A model generated the notes under the pieces. The model ran no database searches, was not told the DNA's origin, and was given only the letters and a program-made list of their open reading frames with translations. A program made the translations under genes and the position numbers. Source: Trichosphaerium sp. ATCC 40318 (taxonomy: Eukaryota; Protista; Tubulinea). Taken from it: DNA of 64,000 bases. The DNA lies in contig JALMLS010000577.1 of assembly GCA_038496445.1 (NCBI GenBank), positions 806,001-870,000 on the forward strand, given 5' to 3'. Below, in pieces: positions 38,044 to 50,169 of the stretch; position 1 is the stretch's first letter, and each line of letters opens with the position of its first letter.

Positions 38044-41000
38044 ATGCACGTGATAAGAGTATTATTGGTATGTTGGGTTTTATGTGGAACACAATTAGCC
38101 ATAGTGAACGCTTCTTGCCTTTATATCGGTGCGTATGCGAGCTCGGCAGGGATTTGTGATTAAACTTATCCTCAAGGTGATGAAATGGTTGGAGAGAATG
38201 ACCAGACGATACAATACTGTAATATATCATCAGATAACACAATTGGAAACTGCTCGAGGTTTGGTACAGTACGTGGTATTACAGGAATGATAGGGTAAGT
38301 TTTTATTTGAAACGAATATCGCGCGTTTTCGTTATCTGTTTTTTTTTTTAATTTTATGCTGTTCAAACAGGATCTCAGATGCACTCTATCTCGTCCAAAA
38401 CACATCAACGGCGAAAATATCTGTGGAGGATTACTCCGTATTTGATGAACTCAGCCTTGATGATACTAACTTACTTACGGTCCCAACTACATCACTGTAC
38501 TGTCAAGTTTTATTTGTTAATCTTGAACTTGAAGAAAACCTTTTATCACGTGATAAAAAAACAGTTGACGTGACCTAGTTGTTTAAATCTCCGTGGATCA
38601 GGATCTAATGATAATATGGTTTTATTGCTTTGTGATGACGAAGGTGAAGTAAAGCTCCTTCAGCTAGGAACAGAATTGCAAACCGGCAGAGTTAGTAAAT
38701 AAGTAAGTATTTTCACTAACGAGAATTTTGAAGGCTGCTGTCTCTTTGATGCCGGCCACTGACATTAAATCTATTCAAACTGGCCCAAGTTTAACACAAA
38801 TTATCACCACTGAGAGTGGGTTATGGGTATTTAAGAAGTTGTCTCTTGTTTTCTGATTATGCTGAAGGCTCGGAATAGCACTGACATAGTCCGTATCGCA
38901 GCTAGTATAGGTTCAATGTCCACCGTATGGACGGATGGTATGTTTATACAGGTATTTAGAGACTGACTAGTAGGATAGCAACACCAGACTTGTTTTATGC
39001 GTGCATACAATCGTTGAATGGCACTAGCTTGGTTGAGTTTAATTTGACACAACGAATGGATTCAGTTCTTGATTTGACATCTTGCGGAGCAATGACTGTA
39101 TGTAATAGTGTTCATTAGTTCCTAATTAATATATAGGCTTTAGAAGAGGCATCTGTAGTATACATAAGTGACGGTAATGACAAGGTAATTTCAACACTAT
39201 GAAAGTGACGTGCGCCTAAATTATCCCAAACCAAAGATCCAAGTTGTTGACGTTGTCACCAAAACTCTAATACAAACAATTGATGTACCAGATATGGCAT
39301 CCATTCATTTTATCGCTATATCTGAATGTCCAACATGTAAGCATCTTATCAAACTGTATGTTGATGAAGTTATGGGTTAACAAGAGTATTGTAGCAGAAG
39401 AAGGTTTGGTAGTAACAGCATTGATATCAGGTGTTGGCATCAATGGTATTGATCTAGCACAACAATTAGATCGAGCTGTAAAGGAAGATAGTGCTCTACA
39501 AGGGACTGGATCAGTAAGGTTTCTGAACCAAACTGAAACTACAGACAATAACACAAGACTAACAATGTTAGCAACAGGTTTGTACTTATTACTTACGCTG
39601 ACTATCAGCCGTGCTTAGTTTACTTGTAGGCAAAACAAAAGCTTTCGTGAGTCTCAACATACAATTCTTTTGTTGCAGTAACGAAACTATATCAGGTCGG
39701 CACATTTTGAGTTGTTCAAGTGAGTACTTCGTAGTTTGTTAGTCATTTTTTTTCGCCTAATGGTGTAACAGTTGGAGGAGGTCCAGTTTGTTGCGGCCTT
39801 TGTACATCAGAAAGTCCATCAAGTGCACCAATATCATCTAGTCCTTCAGTTGTACCTGCTCTATCTAGTCCATCAACTCCCTCAGGAGAATCTTCTAGTC
39901 AACGAGATGAAGATGATGGGGAATTTCCAATAGCGGCTGTTGTTGTACCTGTTGTTCTTCTGTTAATTGTGTGCATTATTGCAATTGTTATCTTGGCTGT
40001 ATTTTATGCACGTGTTCGCTCTTTGTTTTTTATTCTTTTTTACATGTCCTCAACACCTTATGGGTTATTAGCTGAGGCGCTATAAAGACATAAAGACAAA
40101 AGACGTGAGCGAGAAATCAGGTACTTTGGTTTCTACTTCTTCAAAATAACAATAAAAATAGATGATGTGTATATTGACATGCCTGACAAACAACCGGATA
40201 GATACATCAAGACCAATATTGACGATTCTATTAAGGATATAAACGACGAAAAAATGACGTCAAAGAGGGTACAAGAATGGATGATAGACTTCAGTGAGCT
40301 AACCGTTGGTGATTTGCTTGGTGAAGGTAAATTAGAACGCTTTCGCATATTACTGGCTAAAGTGTTTTAGGAAGCTATGGTACTGTACACAAAGGAGAAT
40401 GGAGACATACCGACGTTGCCATTAAATATTGCTCAGATGTCGCAGGTGCTCAGGGCTTTATTGCTGAGGCAAAATTGATGGCACAGCTGCGACCTCATGC
40501 ACATGTTGTTCAAGTACTTCTGATCTATCCGCAAGAAGCTAACGATGGGTAGGTTTATGGTGTGAGTATTCAGAATGACAAACTTTATTTGCTTGTGATG
40601 GAATACATGGCAGGTAAGAGCTTCTACATTCTCTGACTTTCTTGGCTTTTAATTCAAGTAACAGGAGGATCACTTGACGCATTGCTATTCGGAAGTATGA
40701 ATAAGATTTCTTTGAAAAAGAAACACTTTATCTGTCTTGGCGTTGCAAGAGGTTTGAATCATCTACACAAAGAAGGTATCGCTCACAGGTGCGCTATTTG
40801 ATCCTTTATAGTAGATGATACTTATTGATTTATTATAGGGATTTGGCAGCACGTGAGTAATTTTTTCTAATGAGTGTGGCTATATGTAATGCCTTTGTAG
40901 GAAATGTACTTTTGGATAACAAAGGGATACCGAAAATAAGTGATTTTGGTATGTCACGGTTACTTGGTAGAGATTCTGCTCAATCATCCACAAAGAGCAA

Positions 41001-41403
41001 TATCGGTCCTGTCAGGTAATTTTTAGATTGTTTTCCACAACTGTATTTACCCACATGAAAGATGGATGGCACCAGAGTGTTTCTTAAAAAAGTACTCAGA
41101 AAAGTCAGATATTTGGTCTTTCAGTTCGTTTATGGTACAACGCCTTGTTGATATCCTAACATTCCATTGATTTAATTCATGTATTAGTATGAAGTATTCC
41201 ACGAGAAGGAGCCATTCAATGGAAACAATGATTTGTTAAGTTTGGCAGTCGACATCCGAGACAATGGATCAACTCCTGAAATTGATCAAGATTTAACTCC
41301 AGAACAATATCAAGGCTTGATGAATCAATGTTGGTCAATAGATCCAACTGATAGACCTTCAGCTGATGATGTATGTAATCGATTGGCATCAATAAAACTG
41401 TAA
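38044..41403 (+). CDS. Receptor tyrosine-kinase-like protein, copy 2 (tandem paralog)
   Basis: Same exon architecture; kinase domain nearly identical to copy 1. Confidence 0.92.
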
Positions 41404-41705
41404 ATTAAACACAACTTTCTGATTATGTTTATTTGCTACTGGCACAGTACATTTGAAAAAAAGATGTGTGCAGAGATGCGAAAGTTGAAGCTGAAAAGTT
41501 AACGAAAATTCTTCTTCGCAGGCATGTTTAGATATGGAACTATGTTTAAATTACTACGGCCGTTGTTACTGCCATAGTTCCTCTTTACTGAACGCAAAAG
41601 GCAAAGGGTCGAAACCACAATTTTTTTTCTCTTCAAATTGCTGGGTATAAAGCTTGGTGCTTGTTTTGAAAAAAAATTAAACGAATATGATATACGTGCT
41701 GTTAG

Positions 41706-41841
41706 CATTGCATAGCTGACTTTGTGCTTTGTTATCGCCTCCTCCGGGAAGTCAATGGAATCGTACTTGATTGTAGCAAAAGGCACTTGGCCTTCACAAT
41801 CCGTAGTATTAGGCTTGGACATGGCTATAAATGCCTGACTT
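41706..41841 (+). repeat. Dispersed, inverted copy of the 59-64 kb repeat core
   Basis: CATTG..CTGACTTTGTGCTTTGTTA..AGTCAATG..GGACATGGCTATAAATGCCTGACTT matches the reverse complement of the cores at 59068, 59897 and 63251. Confidence 0.75.
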
Positions 41842-41933
41842 TAACAAAACCTAAAGTAAGTAGCACACGTGCACATTTTCGTGAGATTTTTCTTACAACC
41901 AAAACCAGTCATACATTGTTGATTATGTGAGAT

Positions 41934-42170
41934 TTATTTACAATCTGTTGGTGGTTCTGGCTTTTTTATCACGTGTATTGTCACCTGATACTCCAAATTG
42001 TATTCACTTAGTGTCTTGGTATCATCGTCTAGCTTCTTGCCAGCGAAGATTATAACCTGCTTCTCTGGACTTATATAAGTTATTGCCTCTAGTTGTTCCT
42101 TTAGTTCTGCAACTGTAATTCCAAGATTAAAATCAGTGACGTGGCGAGGATAAAAGGAGATTGTTCTTAT
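41934..42170 (-). CDS. Ubiquitin-like domain protein (start unresolved; possibly a pseudogene)
   Basis: TVAELKEQLEAITYISPEKQVIIFAGKKLDDDTKTLSEYNL...TIHVI; no terminal GG. Confidence 0.65.
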   Translation of the reverse strand: MRTISFYPRHVTDFNLGITVAELKEQLEAITYISPEKQVIIFAGKKLDDDTKTLSEYNLEYQVTIHVIKKPEPPTDCK

Positions 42171-42241
42171 TTATTAGGATGACAAATGCTTTCAGATCAA
42201 AGAGTGACGTTTATTTTTTGTATCATAACCTTTTTTTATTG

Positions 42242-44480
42242 TTAACCAACATGTGGTAATTTAATTGTTCCATTTGTTTCAAAATAATGGTAAGGTGAAT
42301 AAAGGGCCAAGTTATAAAAGTTGCTTGTATAAATATCAGCATAACGTTCCAATAAATAACCAAAGAAACTTTGATTTAATCCACATCTAAATAGACTTCC
42401 ATAGCTATTACCAAAGCTATCATCAATCTTTTCTGAAAGCTCTTTAATCTGAATATCAATATCACTCGTGTCCTTAACAAAAGGAAGTAAGGACCAATTA
42501 CAATGCAATACACGGGAATAAAGGAACGTACAGGAGGTGTGTTGGCATTGATATCCAAGTTAGTATAAGCTTCTCTTCTCTTTTCTCTAAGACCAGAAAC
42601 TTTTTCCAAAATAGGCATAATGCCACGCTCCTTCTCGCGTTCATGCTCTAATTCTGGAATAACAACAAGTGTACGCCTTTATTAGAGTTAAAGATATTTA
42701 AAAAAAGAAACCAAAAAGTTTTAACTTGCTGCACGTGGCATGGAAGCAAAAAAAATTTACAAAACAATACCATCCTAGTTGCTTCTTAGCAAGCACAATA
42801 TCGGCATATAAATGATCACCTACGTAGAGTACTTCACTTCCAACCTAATTGATATGAATAAAAAGCATTTTCAATATCCTACGTACAGTTATACCCATGA
42901 ATTTTGATAAATCTTCCAAGTTCCCATTCATATAAACTTTACCACGTTCGAGAGAAGTAACAGGTTTAATTAATGGCCTTCCTGTATTAATGTCCAACTC
43001 TCTGAATGGTTTATTTGATGAATAGAATGTAGGCTTCATTCCAGATGCAATGACAACGTCTAAAAAAATATAAGAAAAGAACACCAAAGACAATAACAAA
43101 CGGCAAAGGGCACCATACCGAATTTTTCAACCCAATTCTTGTCTCCTCCAAAAAGGAATGATGTCACTTCCTTAGCGTACCACCAAGGACTGTTAGTTAG
43201 AAGGAACACCTTTTTATTATACTTTCGAAGCCTTTCAACCAGTTTGGGAAGTCTATCATCTGAAGGGATATACCTACAATGTTAAAACTATTGTAACAAA
43301 AAATATTTTGTAAAAAAAGCTTACTTAGAAAGTTCTTTAAGCGTCTCTTGCTTTAAACAGTTCTCTCCTTCTTCTGTGTCATGTACTTGAATAGAAACAT
43401 CTTTTAGATCCTAAATCTTAATCAGATTTAACGCATAAGGAAGAGAAGAGAAGGAAAAGCGAAGAAGAAGTACCCGCCATAAATTCGAAAAGGAAAACTC
43501 AATATTATTCTTCTCAAAATATTCCACAATGTCAGAGTATATTGAAATCAAACACAAGGTGAACTTTGTGTTTACAAAAATGAACCTAGAGTGTCTTAAC
43601 AAATATAATTGATGTAATTTGTATCTAAACTAAACGTACCTGTTCTCACGTAAGTCAACTCTTTGACGTGGATAACTATCTGTAATTTGCGACATTGTCA
43701 TTTTTTTATTGCCATGAGTACACATTGTGACATGTCGGTACCTAGTGTTCATTTTAGCTATTTATAGTTTGGACTTTTGTTACCAAGGGTATTTACTTAC
43801 TTATCAAGTTTGAGTACATGACCGAGCTTGTGATCAATAACAAGTCCACTAAAATAAATATTAGCAATTATGAAATGTCCAAAAAAAAAAGTGGCAGTTT
43901 TACGACAAGCACAGTGTAAAACGATACACTGTTGACTTGACCTACTCCTTCTCTGTCCGAAGAATTTAAATAAAATACTAGGCTTTTTTTTTCACAGAAT
44001 TAGCAGGCGTACCGTAAAGGTACTTTCTCGTTGTAAACACATTTACTGAGGTCTTTAGGGTATCCACGCTTTACCAGTTCATCCATATGCACTTTATATT
44101 GCTAAAAGGGAGCATTAGGCGCGAGATTAGTGGAGAATTTCTAAATGTAATTTTAGCCGTGCCAATGCTTCAAATGCTGGCGAAATATAGTGAGCCACAG
44201 TATAATCAAGGTCGACTAAGCGTCTTTAAGCAATTTATCATGTTAATTATGCGTACAGCCATAGTATTTGATCTCTTCGAGTTGAATCGTTCTCGTTGTG
44301 AATATAGCGCTTGAACCTTTCATTATCAGTAATAATTTCGTTAAAACAAAAGTTAAGTGTTATGGTAGCATACCTTTCATTGCTGGCGCTATTATATTGC
44401 GTATGACAGATGCAAATCGTTCGGTGAAGCCGCTGTTGGACGAAACCTGACTTAACAGTGGGTATTAAGCAAATATTCAA
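42242..44480 (-). CDS. HAD-family cytosolic purine 5'-nucleotidase (NT5C2/NT5DC-like), multi-exon; start approximate
   Basis: VFLLTNS, KPTFY...PFRELD, VLYVGDHLYADI..K..GWRTL.VIPEL, ERYADIYTS. Confidence 0.9.
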
Positions 44481-44805
44481 AAAAACAGATGCTTCGCTCT
44501 TCGACAGATCCTCCTACCTACGCTTTATACAATACTACCACAGCGCTTTTTCTACCCACATGTCACCCACACGTTGAAATGTTGATCCAATCAATTTGTA
44601 CTCGGCCGTTCAAGATTATGAAATTCGACCTTACATCAAACTATTGTTAGAGCTCAATCACCCTTTTGAAGTTCATGTTGGGTTTATTAAATCAAGAGAC
44701 ATAAAAGAACAGTATGACTTATTAGTGCTTTGAAAGATAGCTCTGCTTTAATTGTAGGAAAGACTTCTCCTTGTCATTTTTCCTTGCAATGAAAGCACAT
44801 TTCAG

Positions 44806-46251
44806 TTAGAAGTTACAAATGCACTCTTGCCCTTGTTGTGTTGACCGTATTGTGCGCCCTTGGCTTCTGTACAAGAAACTACAGAATGGAAGCTTTCCAG
44901 GACACACAAAATCCCTCCCTTGGCGTGTACAAAATACAGTGTAGCACCTAGATCATTGACAAAAATCAACAAAACAAAGAGGAGAATAAAAACGTTGCAT
45001 ACCTGCAAATGTTGTTTGCGAAATCAAATAAAGGTGTCACACAAATTGAAGGAGAAGATTCAGTCGTTGCTATATCAGTAAATCGATTAAGTACATTTAC
45101 AAAAGTTGTAAATATCTCGCTTTGATCTTGCTAAAGAACAGTTAATCTAAGTGTGCTGTTTTTCTTGGAAACCTTACAATATCATATCGATCCCTGATGT
45201 AGTTTGGGTTATTGTAAGCAAGATAGACCTTCCCGTCCTCATCCTCGTATACAAGAACCTTTTGAGGTAGATCCATACCAGCTCTTAAGTTGCTGTTCAT
45301 GACGGGAGTGCCAAGAACTGGATTTCCAAACCATACAACTGTTGTTGGGCGCAAAGCTAAGCCGCTCTAAAAATCTATTAGACATGTTGAACCTTAGACC
45401 AGTATGTACATTAAACGCATTGGCTTGATGGTCAAAATTAAGTATGACACGGATTGGTGTTCCTTCAAATGCGTTAATGAGCTCGTTTACAGTAACAGGA
45501 ACAGAGTTTTGACTCTCTTTTATAACCAAGCCAGCCTAAAATTGTTTTAGCAACTGACATTTGACACAGGAGTTAAAACTGAAAGTTTTTTTGGAACTAA
45601 TGCTGGTGATGTACAAAATCTAGATCGCTTGGATCGCAATTGCCTAGAGGGGGTGGAGGTATGGTTGTATTATCGCGGCCAGTTGCACCATTTGTGATTG
45701 CGTTGAAGATGGTTTGTGGCAATGAAATATCAGCATCAATACAAAAACGTTGTCGAAGATGTTCGAAGCCATTGTACATCACATGTACCTGTTCAATAGT
45801 TAATAAGAGCGTTGTGGGTTATCAAAGACATACCTGGCCGCCTGCATCTTCCCAAATACAAATACGAAGAGGTGCCTCGATGGCGTATCTTTGATCTAAT
45901 TGCATGTAACCAGTGCCAACATTTGCGTTTGACAAGGCGAGGACTTTCAAAGGAGGCAGAGATAAACCGACGCTTCGATATTTTAGCACGTGATATTTAT
46001 AATTACTGTACCTTTCAGCATTTGAGGTGTGGTCTATTACTGCGATGATCTGTATGGGTGTGTTTGTCTGTACAAAACGTAAGAAAAAATTACGTATTTG
46101 CAATATGACGGTTTAGTACAGTTATAAAGTTGACGAGCCTCTCAACCGTCATATCTATATCATAATCGCTTATTTTTTCCACAAGGCCTTGAGAAAGCGC
46201 TGAGGATAGTATGGCAAGTACTAACAAATATAAAGTAGAGGTTACAGCCAT
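44806..46251 (-). CDS. Secreted tandem-DUF302 protein with Cys-rich C-terminus, multi-exon
   Basis: Signal peptide; two repeats of IIAVIDH/ILNFDH...FGNP..GT..M.....(G/A).(D/E).P.(K/R)..V(Y/W)ED..G.V...Y. Confidence 0.8.
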
Positions 46252-46477
46252 TGGTAATCAGTTGTTTTTTCCCTAAGATATCGGAGATTTAGTGTTTAGC
46301 AGTACAAGTATTATGTGAACAGGGCGATCAATATGCCAGGTGGATTCGGTATAATTTAAGGGTACAATGGCTACGATTAAATTACATAATTTTTGGGAGG
46401 CTACAAAGCTAGGCACGTGTGAATCACTATGTATTTTTGAACAACAAACAAACAGATTTGTAAGTAAATTCATTCCT

Positions 46478-47725
46478 TTAATATCGTCTAAGTAGTACAC
46501 CTTTTTCTTTTAGCGCTTTACAACATTCATCTGAAAGTTCAACTCCTTGAAAATTTAATACCTTCACATTAGAAAACTCAGCGATCCATTCATCTGTTGC
46601 ATTGGTGCTTGAAATATTAATATCATGTGCCCTTGAAAGACTCTTCATACTCGCTACTGTGATTTTCTTACAGTACGATATATCAATTGTGTGTACACCT
46701 GCCAAAGCTGACAAGCCTTTATCTGTAATATCTAAACCGCCAATGTCAATGGTATGAACTCCAAACAAATTTGCAACACCTTTATCTGTAACAACTGTGC
46801 CTCTTAAATGTATCTCATGAACGCCAGCTAAAGCTGAGACTCCTTCATCTGTAACTGATGTTTGGTATAAATCTATAGTATGTACACCAGCTAAAGCTGA
46901 AATTCCTTTGTCTGTAATGTTTGCACAGTGTCGCAGCTGTATGTTAAAAACACCAGCTAAAGCAGCAATACCAACGTCGGTTACTTGAGTGTAGCTCAGA
47001 TCTATAGTATGAACACCAGCCAAAGTTGAAACACTTTTGTCTGTCACTGATGTACATATTAAATGTATCTCATGAACACCAGCTAAAGCCGAAACACCTT
47101 TATCTGTAATGTTCGCGCAATTAACCAAATCTATGGTATGTACCCCAGCAAACGCATACAAGATATCATCACTCATTTTCTTCTTTGGTAAACTGACGCT
47201 TGGAATACAAGCAAGTGATTTCAAACCTGACTCTGATACTTCTCCACGTGTCTCCCAATCAAGAGATTTGAGGTGTTTTGCAAGTGGTACAATAGACGAG
47301 CATGTTATACCATCACAATCGCTTATTGTAAGGTGTTGCACTCCACAAAGTTGTTTCAACCCTGCATCTGTAATTTTATTGTTGCGCCAAAGCCACAGCC
47401 ACTTAACACCAGCAAGACAAGCAAGATCTGTATCTGTTAGTCCTTTCCATAATGAACAAGATATTTTTGTGTTTTTCAGGAGTGGACTGTTAGAAACAAG
47501 AGAACAACTTGCGCTTGATGATAGTCTGATAAGATCATACCCAATAAAGTGGTGGATGATATTAGAGAGTCGTTTGCAGCTTTGTGAAACGGAAAATCTA
47601 TCTATACGCTTTAAAAAGGATAGCAAATGCGCAGTAATCTCTGTGGGAATGTCCAATAGCTCAACATCATTCGATTCGTGAGTTGCTTCAGTTATAGCAA
47701 CACTACCCCTTTTTTCTTCTTCCAT
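46478..47725 (-). CDS. F-box/LRR protein with LAGVHTIDL repeats, intronless
   Basis: LLDIPTEITAHLLSFL F-box; ~10 repeats of TDxGxxALAGVHxIxL. Confidence 0.9.
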   Translation of the reverse strand: MEEEKRGSVAITEATHESNDVELLDIPTEITAHLLSFLKRIDRFSVSQSCKRLSNIIHHFIGYDLIRLSSSASCSLVSNSPLLKNTKISCSLWKGLTDTDLACLAGVKWLWLWRNNKITDAGLKQLCGVQHLTISDCDGITCSSIVPLAKHLKSLDWETRGEVSESGLKSLACIPSVSLPKKKMSDDILYAFAGVHTIDLVNCANITDKGVSALAGVHEIHLICTSVTDKSVSTLAGVHTIDLSYTQVTDVGIAALAGVFNIQLRHCANITDKGISALAGVHTIDLYQTSVTDEGVSALAGVHEIHLRGTVVTDKGVANLFGVHTIDIGGLDITDKGLSALAGVHTIDISYCKKITVASMKSLSRAHDINISSTNATDEWIAEFSNVKVLNFQGVELSDECCKALKEKGVLLRRY

Positions 47726-47963
47726 TGGGTATCTACTGTTACGTGGACGCGTCCAAGACTGATTTGCAACCCACTTGAAGATACAGTATTTTTAGTAGCT
47801 TAGTCAACGCTAGTTTTGCTGTTGGATTGCCTGGGTCTCGGTACGTGCTATGCGCAGCTAAGTTTTGCGTATAACCGCGTATACACGTGATATGGCATTT
47901 ATTGACCACAGCGATTAAGTTACGTGCCTGCATTGCTTATACGATCACTCTCTTTCGTTCACT

Positions 47964-49137
47964 ATGGCGTCAACAGCTTTGACAGCCACATCTGAGATGT
48001 GCTTTTACGTCTTTGACTGTCTGATAAACGCACTTGATGGAAAAAAGAAGCCCAAAGCTCCCTCTTCAATCCCTACAACCCCATGGTACGCCTTTCGAAT
48101 TTTAACTGCCGGTACAATACAAAAACAGCTTTAACGTTATTCAACGTCTTTAATGCTTGTATACGCAGTAATTTAAACAAAGTACATGTTACATGACACT
48201 AAAATACGCTCAGTCTTCTTTTCGTTACATACCGCTATGGATCAAGCCCAGACTATGAAAGAAACGATTTACGCGGTTGTAAAGGTAACCAACACTGAAT
48301 TCCACGTTTTAAACGGTCCTAATTTCGTTCAGGTACTACCGCTAATCCAAAACCACTTCCATACATGTTACACAGTTTTGCTTTGAACAGCGCGTTTGAT
48401 GACAGAAGGTAATGTCACAACAAAACTACAACCAGTTTCCAGTCTTGTTTACTCTTTGTAGGTTCAATAAGATAACAAAAAGAGAGGTACCGAAACTACA
48501 CTGTGGAGTAAACCTACTGCACAGTTTTGAACCAGCACAGGACTGCTACGACTGGGTATAAAGACAAAACTTTTTAGTTCAAAAAAAAAACAAGCCAACG
48601 ATCATCTAAAACAACGTTTTAGGAGGTTGGTGTACATGGCATATTGATTGATATTCGCGTCATAGACCAGAAAAGTACTAGAGTAGGTATTTGGTAGAGA
48701 TTTGACATGTTTAATTAGCAAAACGTACTACTTTCGAAAGTGGTGCGATATACCTCCCTTCTGTTGCTGTAGAGCAAGGATGGAATAAACAACAGACAGT
48801 TAAATCACTTGTTAGAAAAGCTGGGTGGAACGGACACTTTGACCTTAACATGTACGTGAACATATCTTTTTTTTTGTCTTTTTTTTTTTGTATTACACGT
48901 GATTTGTTGCCTGAAAACATTACGAAAAATATTAACTAAGATTTTACTAGGATTGAAATTGTTACCACAAGGTAAGCCAGAACTGAAGGAGTGAAGGAAA
49001 CGAGTCAACCTGTTTTTATTATTTTTTTCTCTTTTTTTTGAACGTTCTAACTAATAACAACGATAAGGTATCAAGCATCTGACACGCATGTCAGTTACAG
49101 CGACTATGTAGCATACAAAAAAAACGGTTCATCATAA
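47964..49137 (+). CDS. AMMECR1: AMMECR1-family protein, multi-exon
   Basis: EMCFYVFDCL, LFVT, DLRGCKGT, ALNSAFDDRRF, DWEVGVHGILI, YLPSVAVEQGW. Confidence 0.9.
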
Positions 49138-49609
49138 ACAAGAAGCAGTGATTGCTCACTAAATAAAACGACCTGTTTGTTCTCAAACCATAACTTAATT
49201 GTTTGTTATCCGTTTTTCTGTAATATTGAAAGCACACTGGTTCAAAATCAATCAAAAAAAAGTTGACACTTTTAAAAAATCAACTTTGTCCTTTTTTGCT
49301 CTTTCTTGACATTTCTGTCCTGCATATCAGTTTCGTTGACTTCACAATAGGCTGCCAAAGCATGAAGGAAACACGCAATGCACATCACACGCCTCATTCA
49401 ACGAGTACATTTCGAAACTGTATTCGAACATGACGATAGTGTCCATGAAGTCAATACAATTGTTCTGCAAGACAGGAATGTTTAGTTAAACGTGTACACA
49501 AGGCCAAAGGATTAAATGCCTTGACTTTTCAACTCCCAATGTAAGCTAGTTACTGCACGCATAGTCGACAAGCGTTTTGTAACTACAGAGCGCAACACTA
49601 CCTAATTGC

Positions 49610-50077
49610 ATGGCTACAAGACCAGTATGGATTCACGAAATTAATGCGAAGGGTGTAGGCATTACAAATGGTTCTTCTGTACGCGTTTTGGGCAGGTACG
49701 CGCAAATTGACGTTTAAACAATAACTATTGCAGACTTCAGTCTGTAAATAACGGGGATGCCAAAGCTTTGATTGAGTATAATAATAACCGCCTATGGGTA
49801 GATACAAGCAATCTCAGCTCAGAGCAGACTTGTTTGCTAACGCCTGGCATGTTGCTACAGTTCCTTGGTACAGTACATTACCAAGGTACAATCCAATGAG
49901 CAGGTAAACAAGCTAACAATTTTAGGCGCCAATGTTCACTTGAAAGCGCAAGTATTACGAAATGCAACGGTGCGTTCGTACAAGTAACCAGACTAACCTG
50001 ACGCGTAGGGAATGGATTGTAAGCTGTACAAGGAATCAATAGAGCGCACCAGGCAGTACTTTAGTGTAAAGGCGTAA
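49610..50077 (+). CDS. TEN1: CST complex subunit TEN1 (OB fold), 4 exons; not visible in the ORF track
   Basis: Spliced MATRPVWIHEI...GSSVRVLGRL...LWVDT...GMLLQFLGTV...LKAQVLRNATGMDCKLYKESIERTRQYF, which follows the TEN1 pattern. Confidence 0.75.
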
Positions 50078-50169
50078 TAAACGGTATTTTTGATGGTTGT
50101 GAGTACCCAAGCGCGTTAATTAGTAAAATTAAGCTTGTTACCATTGCTTAACACTAGTACAACGTTAAC

